A stretch of DNA of 55,867 bases, filler included, from Sphacelaria rigidula (Eukaryota): assembly GCA_964200075.2 (NCBI GenBank). It is 4 parts of 4 records of this genome, joined end to end, with 100 filler letters (N's around TTAATTAATTAA, not from the genome) between each part and the next. Parts side by side here need not be neighbours in the genome. Positions count along the whole stretch, not along the records: positions 41,979 to 55,867 come from CAXNAA020002607.1; 3 more parts are not named here. One strand, given 5' to 3'. Shown here one piece after another: positions 49,335-55,867 of the stretch (positions within the stretch are counted from its first letter, which is position 1; each line of letters starts with the position of its first letter). The translations under genes and the position numbers were made by a program. The notes below the pieces were generated by a model. The model saw only the letters and a list, made by a program, of their open reading frames with translations. It had not been told where the DNA came from and made no database searches.

Positions 49335-50270
49335 ATAATTAGGGGAACACAAGCGCTAAGACGGGCATTGGACGAGGAAGAGCACCTGAAGATATACGGG
49401 GGGTTGAGAGAAGGGGTAGGGATGGGAACATATCTGGGCGTCCCAATGCACGACGCGAAACACATCAAAGGGTGGTTTCGGGTGACGGACCCGGACCTGC
49501 CAGAAGAAAGAACAGGTATATCAGTGGTCGAGAGGAGGAGGAAGTAGATGCACAGAATTGCCCCTGTGGCAAAGCAATAGAGAGTAGAACTCATATAGTG
49601 GCAGAATGTGAACTACACAAAAAGGAACGGGACGTGCTAGAGGGGGAACTACAGGAAGTAAACGAAGGCGGCACGGAATCGTTCGATGCATTAGACAGTA
49701 GGGAGAAAACGATGGCTATGTGTTGTCGTCCCATCTATTCTGGACACCGGTCTACACCTTTCGGTATATGTGGGAGCACCAGCCGGGGTCACACAGGAGG
49801 AAGGTCAACACAGGAGGTCTTTCTTTTTTAATTGTTTTGTTATACCCCACCTTCCTTCTGCGGTGCTTGCCTTTATTTTTCATCGCGAGAAGGGTTCAGC
49901 TGCGTCCTTCCCTCGTCGACCATTGAGTCGAATTTTGTGTACCCACGACATAGTCGCTCTCCACTGTTGGGCATGGTGTGGGGAAAAAATCACAGATCGC
50001 GCCGAGAATTGAACCCACGAACTAAGCGTCAGAAGGTTTCGAGGTTATCAACTGAGCTATACTAGGAGACAAATGGTGGCCACAGACGGCGAAACAGGAC
50101 AGGGATAAGATACGTAAAAGATTTTTGTGCGATGTATGGAAGAAACGCAGTGAGCGCCCAAATTCGGAGGTCTCTATTGGAAGTAGGGACGGTTCTCCGT
50201 CTCGGAAGTGATGCGCGGTCAACGGTCAACCGACGAAGACAATCAACAAACGAGAACCCCACGCTCCCGC
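49335..50270 (+). mobile_element. 5'-truncated LINE (poly(C)-tailed family) interrupted by SINE B
   Basis: EEHLKIYGGLREG..GTYL...FRV.DPDLPE / CPCGKAIESRTHIVAECELHKKERDVLEGE (C-terminal zinc knuckle). Colinear with 51960-52556 once the SINE is removed. Confidence 0.85.
49720..50055 (-). mobile_element. tRNA-derived SINE, family B
   Basis: Minus strand reads (TAGC)TCAGTTGAT as an A-box-like motif and GGGTTCAATTCTC as the B box; CA-rich tail. Flanked by GCTAT at 49715-49719 and 50056-50060. Confidence 0.85.
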
Positions 50271-50331
50271 CCGTGCACTCATTCAATCGAGGTGCAAAGC
50301 TCCGGTGCCCTCGCGGGCGCGCAGTCCCCGC

Positions 50332-50418
50332 TTAGTGGATCGAGTTGATTTGGGTGATGACCCCCGCCTTCGTTGATCCGGTGCTGACATCCAGACTTGC
50401 TCGCACGGCAGACATGAC
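50332..50418 (-). CDS. Candidate terminal exon of an unidentified protein
   Basis: TTCACGTAG acceptor, then VMSAVRASLDVSTGSTKAGVITQINSIH and TAA; GC3-rich codons; phase-compatible with candidate exons 50809-50879 and 51206-51238. Confidence 0.4.
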   Translation of the reverse strand, partial: VMSAVRASLDVSTGSTKAGVITQINSIH

Positions 50419-51759
50419 CTACGTGAATAACAGAACCCGCACTCATTACAGAGTGAACTTCGAGTACAAAGAACTGGGTTACAAAAAATGAACATGATGA
50501 CAAAGTGAAAGGTGGCAAAGATCCCGGTCTACAGACGTGTCAATGAAGAAACAAAAACACATATAACGGCAAGTCCTCAATAGGGCCTTCCAGCGGGACT
50601 GTTTTTTTTTTTTTCCCGTGTGCGAAGTCTTCTTTCACTCCAAAGGTACTATATTTTGGGACATTCTTCTCCGACCTTCATTCTGCACGGCGGGTGTTAT
50701 ACCCGACTTGATCGTCTTTTGTCTACCGCTCAAAACAGTTTTATTTGCTTGATTCAAATGTAGTACAGTGCAACAGGGGCACATAACCAGGCAAATACAG
50801 CTGAGCACTTTGTTCCAAAAACTGGGGTGCAGGCCAAGCTCCATATCTTCCTCTCGGTGCTCGTGCCATCTGAAGCGGCCTGCGAGCGGCTGACAGTACC
50901 TGAATGCGGTAAATAGGATCGGCGGGTGTATGCATACAGTGCTTCGAATCTTCTATTTTGCCTCCTCGCGCCAGACCTGAACCTGAACCTCTCATCTGTT
51001 ATCAGGTGCTTATGGCGGAAATTGTATCTGATCTTTCTGGTGCTGAATATCCGTAACAGACGGTCCGGGAATAAAAGGCCACCTCTTGCCTTTTGTTGTA
51101 GGACTCCCTATTAACCATATTGGGACGGACCCCCCGACTAACATGGGGTTGACCATGTGTTCGTGAAATAATAGAAACACGTGAGAGAGCGACCTGCCCA
51201 CTCACGGAGGTTGCGAAATTTATCGACCAGCCGATACCCTTCGAAGAGAATTTGTCGCGTGAAACAACGAGGGGAACGGCGGCTCACCACAAAGGGTGGT
51301 GTGACAAGATGATGGGGAAAATAATATCATCCACAGCCACAAGTGGCGGGCGGCCCGCCGGTCGCCGCATCCTGTTGAAAGCTCTCTACGGCGACACATA
51401 CTGCTTGCTTCATCAGATGTATACTACCTAATGCGCACCCCGAACCTGAAAATTGATTGGATTGAACTTTCGGTCTTTCTCATGACCCTGCGGTTACATA
51501 CGCGGATTTTCAGCACCACGCCACTGATTCGTGCAGACGCCAGACACGTCATTTCTGACCAGCCTCATTGGTCGTTCTGGAGGCCCGGTCCCCAAGGGGG
51601 TAATTTTTTCCACAACGAGCAATGACTCGAGTGCTCGCCCTATAATTTTTTACGGCCAACGAGCAGCCCAACGAGGGCGAGTGCCACGAGTCATACTCGT
51701 GCTCGTCCGACGTGTGGAATGTACTCACTCAAAACAAATAGACATTGAAAAGTTGAAGT

Positions 51760-52556
51760 AGAAATATAGCGTAGAGAACTACAGAGAAAGAGATTGCCAG
51801 CCATATTTGATGAGGCTGTATGGGAGAAAATGACGAAAGGACAGTCTGGAATAAGGGGGGATAAAGAAGTCGAGCAAGTATTGAAGGAGATAGGAGGAAA
51901 CAACGACGAAATGCTATCCATAGGTGAAGGCATGGGGTACAAAACAATGGTAAGAGACATGATTGAAATAAGGAGAGAAGAAGCGCTGAACCGCAAAGCA
52001 GACAAGGAAGAACACCTGAAGATTTACGGGAGGTTGACAGAGGGGATTGGAATGGGAATATACCTGCATGGCCCCATGGACGCTGCGAAAAAATTGAAAC
52101 TGCGATTTCGGGTGGAGGACCTGGACCTGCTAGAAAGAAGGAAGAGATACACCAGTAGCCGTGTGGAGGAAGTAGATGCACATAACTACCTTCGTGGTAA
52201 AACAATGGAGAGCTGAACTCTTGCAGAACGTGAACTCCTTGTACAAGGAGGAACGGGACGTGCTAGAGGGGGAAATGCGGAACGTGAACGAAGGTGGCAT
52301 GAAATCGTTTGATGTTTGATTTATTGGACAGTAGTGAGAAAACGATGGCTATACTAGGAGGAGATAGATGGTTGCCACAGACGGCGAAACAGGACCGGAA
52401 TAAGATATGTAAACGGCTTTTGTGTAGTGTATGGGAGAAGCGTAATGAGCACCGAGATATTGGAGGTGTCTCTATTAGGAGTAAGTCTCGAAAGGTATGC
52501 GTGGTCAATGGTCAACCGGCTAAGGCAAGCAACAATTGAGTACGCCTCCCCCCCCA
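51760..52556 (+). mobile_element. 5'-truncated LINE (poly(C)-tailed family), ORF C-terminus through tail
   Basis: ORF pieces 51794-52216 and 52309-52539 (..KLKLRFRVEDLDLLERRKRYTS.. / ..EKTMAILGGDRWLPQTAKQ..VVNGQPAKASNN*), then GAGTACGCCTCCCCCCC. A truncated type-B end follows at 52565-52620. Confidence 0.85.
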
Positions 52557-53022
52557 CCACGTTAGCCTGGTCCGGCGAGAACCCGGCGTGCTCCGTCCCG
52601 GTTTTGTAGGGGCGGAACCCCCATGAGGTTGGCGTCGGTTGGCGATGACGCTGTAAAACACGCCACTCACTGCTTAAGCTAGGCAACCAGGATACTGATT
52701 GCTTAGCGGGCTTGCTTTTTTTTCGCGGTAACCGTGATGGTGGTCGAGCTAGATCCAACTGTGCGGGGGGGGGGGAGAACCTCAACTCCGCACAAGGGAG
52801 ATGATCATACTTCGTAGTGTTTACATGGTGGGACACCCATGAGGCAGTGTATAAGCCGCGGCTGTCTCTGAAAATGACAGTGCCAGAAAATGAAGCAACT
52901 CATCTTAGGCTGTTATCCACTTGCAAGATAATCAGTACACGCTTCAGGCCGTACAATCTTAGCACGATGTAGCTCACCCTTCACGTGACTCGCCGAAGAC
53001 ACCACGGCGCTTCGCGCTTGGT

Positions 53023-53149
53023 GATTGAGTGCGAGCCTGGTCCGGCGAAAACCCAGCGTGCTCCGTCCCAACTTTTGAGGGATGCGAGGTCAATAGTCTT
53101 ATGACTATGGCATGCAAGATCATGAGTCCCCCCCCCCCCCCCCCCCCCC
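53023..53149 (+). mobile_element. Poly(C)-tailed LINE 3' end, type B, with a C22 tail
   Basis: Matches 27987-28101; tail at 53128-53149. Confidence 0.82.
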
Positions 53150-53176
53150 TATCACCACGCGTCTGTGGCAATACAG

Positions 53177-55451
53177 GTCTTTGGCACTCACCCTGGACGG
53201 CTTCGCACTACCGCCGACCGAAAGCCTGGAGATACTTCGAGAAACCGACATCGTCACTCTGGGGCTCCTCGATTGCGAAGAGTGCCCTAGTCTTAGCGGC
53301 GGCGGCGATGATGTCTACGGTGACAGCGATGACTCTGAGGGTAGCGAGAGCGATGACAATGATGCACCATCAGCCATCGTCGCGACAAGCAGCGTCCGCA
53401 ATGGCAAACGCAGCAGCGCTTCCCCCCGAGGGAAGAAGCGCGCGAGGTCGACGGGATCCGCCACCAACAAAACATGCAGCGTTGATAATCCCAGCACCGG
53501 AAGTGGTCGAGGAGCGGTGGAAGTACGTAAAAGTAAAGCCGACCCGCCTCAGAGCGAGGAGGAGGAAAGTAGGGGGCATTCTGACAGCCCTGGAGGGGAG
53601 AGTGGTGAGACGAAAAAGAAGAAGCGGGGGAACGTTGGTTCAAAGGGCGACGGAACGTCGACGAAGACGGTGAAAGTATCGCCCGGTACGTCCGGAGTGG
53701 GTGCGGATACGAGCAACGGGAGCGGGAAGAGGAAGCCTAGTTCGGGTGGTGGCCAGCAGAAGAAGCGGCGCACACACCGGAAGGAGACTCCGCCAAGCGT
53801 GTGTGCAAGCGTCGCAGCACCAGGAGGGAGCAAGAAAAGCGTCGCCGCAAATAAAAGTTCTGCTGCTGCCGCTGCGGTGATGCCGGCGCTGGCGCCGGCG
53901 ACGGTGAACGGAAAGAAGGGTAAATCTAAGGCGGTTGCGGCAGCAGGCAAGAAGCCACTCCAACGGGGAACCTCGACCACCGTAAAACATCAAAAGGTGG
54001 CGAAGGAATCAATAAGAAAAACAGTCAAAACTGTAGAAAAGAAGGGCGGAGTCGACGGCGGAGGTTGTAGTTCGTCAGCGGCGGCGGCAGGACAACAGGG
54101 CGGAGTTTCTTCATCTTCCACGAAACAACGTCCTGCTTCCTTTTCGTCCGACGACGAAGAAGAATCTTCTGACTCTGAATCGGATTCCGACGAGTCGGAC
54201 TCCGCTTCCTCATCCTCTGAGTCCTCTTCCTCGTCAGCCTCCTCGTCCTCTTCGTCTTCTTCGTCTTCTTCCTCGTCCTCTTCGTCTTCTTCTGAATCTG
54301 AATCTGAATCTGAATCCGAGGAGGAGGAGTCGGATTCAGAAGATAGAACTACTGTAGCCGGTACATCCCGAAGGCTCGGACGCACCACCGCAACCACCCC
54401 CGCCGGCACAGTAGCAGCAGCAAAAGTGGCGGCGGCAGAAGCGGCAGCGGCGGCAGCGGCGGCAGCGGCGGCAGCGGCGGCAGCGGCGGCAGCAAAAGAG
54501 AAGACAACAACGACGGCGACGGCGACGACGACGGATACGTCGAAGACGACAACAACCGGCGGCAAAGGGAAGGGAAAGAGCAATAATAAAAGACCGGTAA
54601 AAACAAAGGGAACGACGAATGCTGCCAAGAATACTGCGAATGGCGGTAGTATCAGCATGACCAGCAAGGAGGAGCACCGGAAAGAATTGCGCCGGCAGAA
54701 AAGGCTTCGGCAGAAAGCGCGCAAAGTGGCGGCGGCGGCGGCGGCGGCGGCGAGCCAACAAGCTGCGGTGGGCAAGGCGAGGGCGGGGGGAAAGGACACA
54801 AGTACAAGCGAGGCGACCATAACGACGACGAGCCCAAAAAATGTCGTAGAGAAGGCAAAAAATGTGGGCAAGAGTACAAGCGGGGAAGCAGTTACGGCGG
54901 CAGCTCCGGCGAAGGTGACGGCGTCCGCACCGACGAACGGCCAAGACGGGGTCGTTTTTTCTTTCACTTCTTCTCTCAGAAAGAAGAGAAAGAGGGAGGA
55001 AATAAAGAAGAAAAATAACGCGGCAGGAAAAGGGTCGGCGCTGTCATCTTCGAGTTCTTCGAGCTCCTCAAGTTCTTCGAGCTCCTCGAGTTCTTCGTCT
55101 TCGAGCTCATCAGAATCGACGTCAGAGTCAGACTCCGATTCGGATCCGGGTGTCCCGGAAAACGACGGAGGGAAGAAGATTGTCGACGCCACCACCGCCA
55201 CCACGTCAACGTCAATCGAATCAAGCGCCGGTCGTGGCCGTGGTGGCGGCAGAACGCAAGAGCAGGGTGAGACGGTGCCATCGCTGTTGCCGCCCGGTGG
55301 GCGTGGTCGGGGAGGCGACGGGAGGCACAGCTGGGGTGGTCCATTGGGTCGGATCGTGGGGCAGTTACAGCAGCAGGAGCAGCAGCCACACAGATCTACT
55401 TCAGGCAAGGATGTCGATGGTGCGAGAAATGTTGTGCTTTCAAGCACCTGA
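53177..55451 (+). CDS. COIL: Coilin-like protein, large exon (end of N-terminal domain plus low-complexity K/S/E/A/T-rich region with RG motifs)
   Basis: 2.3-kb open frame. CAG acceptor at 53174-53176. LALTLDGFALPPTESLEILRETDIVTL resembles the coilin N-terminal motif L..DGF.LPP.ES..I....D.V. Acidic serine tracts, basic NLS-like clusters and GRGRGG motifs follow. The exon may end at donor GTGCGA (55420) rather than at the TGA at 55449-55451. First exon not located. Confidence 0.7.
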
Positions 55452-55867
55452 CGGGATTTGTTTTGTTTGGAAAGTTGGTCCTGCTTTCACGAGCCGAAGT
55501 GTGTTTTCGGCGCTTACGATGGGGAGGTGAGGTTCGCCAAATGTGAGCGGGGGAGGCGATGCTGTGATTGCTTATCGTGATAGCACGTAGGTCTTCCCGT
55601 GGTATGTATGACCTGCCGTGGCACGACCCCGGTGGCTCGAGATGATGCCGTAACAGCACTGTAAATGCGTTCACGGGAGCTTCATGGCGGCACCGTCTCG
55701 CCTAATATCTTGGAAGATCTACGAGAGGTTCATGGTGAAACCTGCTGAACCCCCCGTCTTGTAACCTGTCAACATCCAAAAAACATTTCAGGAGAGGAAA
55801 AGTTGGATGACAGCGTGTACAGTAGTCAGCGTCAGAAGTATGCAGAATCCGTAATTTCTTAGTTTCT

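Noticed and set aside
51309..51430. First coilin exon (MMGKIISS...RRILLKALYGDTYCLLHQ)
   Set aside because: Only vague similarity to the coilin N-terminus and no convincing donor.
53990..55447. 485-aa minus-strand ORF and other overlapping ORFs
   Set aside because: Antisense shadows of the GC-rich low-complexity coilin-like exon.

Overview
Eukaryotic, repeat-rich, intron-rich genomic DNA. A brown alga or related stramenopile is my inference from exon style and transposon content; the sequence does not prove it. The window is not one locus. It is four scaffolds of 13,894, 13,892, 13,892 and 13,889 nt, in descending size, joined by artificial 100-nt N44-TTAATTAATTAA-N44 spacers. Host genes I can support: first coding exon of mitochondrial ribosomal protein mS23 (3701-3808, -); five in-phase exons of sedoheptulose-1,7-bisphosphatase (28624-33837, -); a large coilin-like exon (53177 to ~55420/55451, +); and some unassigned candidate exons. 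The rest is mostly transposable elements: tRNA-derived SINEs, RTE- and CRE-like LINE remnants, a LINE family ending in poly(C), and several MITE families with identifiable TIRs and TSDs. I found no CRISPR array, rRNA, intact tRNA, intact transposase or clearly novel multi-gene system. The best leads are (i) two composite TIR elements in which tandem MITE copies flank cargo inside one TSD, (ii) the poly(C)-tailed LINE family that often sits next to C tracts, and (iii) an SBPase lacking the green-lineage regulatory cysteines. All family assignments come from motif recognition by eye, not database searches.
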